Assembly: GCA_038215615.1 (NCBI GenBank)
Contig: JBBQQR010000006.1
Span: 60,986 to 124,985, forward strand
DNA length: 64,000 nt
Direction of reading: 5' to 3'
Source: Vulcanimicrobiales bacterium
GTDB taxonomy: Bacteria > Vulcanimicrobiota > Vulcanimicrobiia > Vulcanimicrobiales > Vulcanimicrobiaceae
How positions within the stretch are numbered: position 1 is the first letter of the stretch; the number at the start of each line of letters is the position of its first letter. This document shows positions 62,604 through 64,000 of the stretch, piece after piece. The translations under genes were made by a program, and so were the position numbers. Under the pieces are notes generated by a model. That model was not told the DNA's origin. It did no database searches and saw nothing but the letters and a program-made list of their open reading frames with translations.

Positions 62604-64000
<1,397 letters not shown>

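Overview
GC-rich bacterial chromosome window. Gene content and sequence style suggest a diderm Terrabacteria lineage, possibly Eremiobacterota/Vulcanimicrobiota (WPS-2); this is an inference and was not verified by a search. 1-27.7 kb is accessory: two tandem MalT-like LuxR regulators, an HD-GYP protein, an OmpR-type two-component system with a TonB-dependent-receptor-like gene, two DUF3311+SSS transporter modules, two pilin-like genes and two paralogous membrane proteins with repeated AmoC/PmoC-like Dx3Hx12-16H motifs. 27.8-53.6 kb is the str-S10-spc-alpha ribosomal cluster. It lacks rpmD and infA, is interrupted twice by unrelated genes, and each resumed block has its own sigma70-like promoter. 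Next come trpDCFBA, lhgO, pruA, an HhH-GPD gene, a CGNR zinc-finger gene and a 16S rRNA gene cut off by the window end. No CRISPR array, tRNA, transposase or prophage was recognised. The best candidates for novelty are the PmoC-motif membrane protein pair (one with an inserted beta-propeller), the receptor with a duplicated post-barrel extension, a Cu_amine_oxidN+beta-barrel outer-membrane protein and a structured intergenic RNA candidate upstream of rplC.
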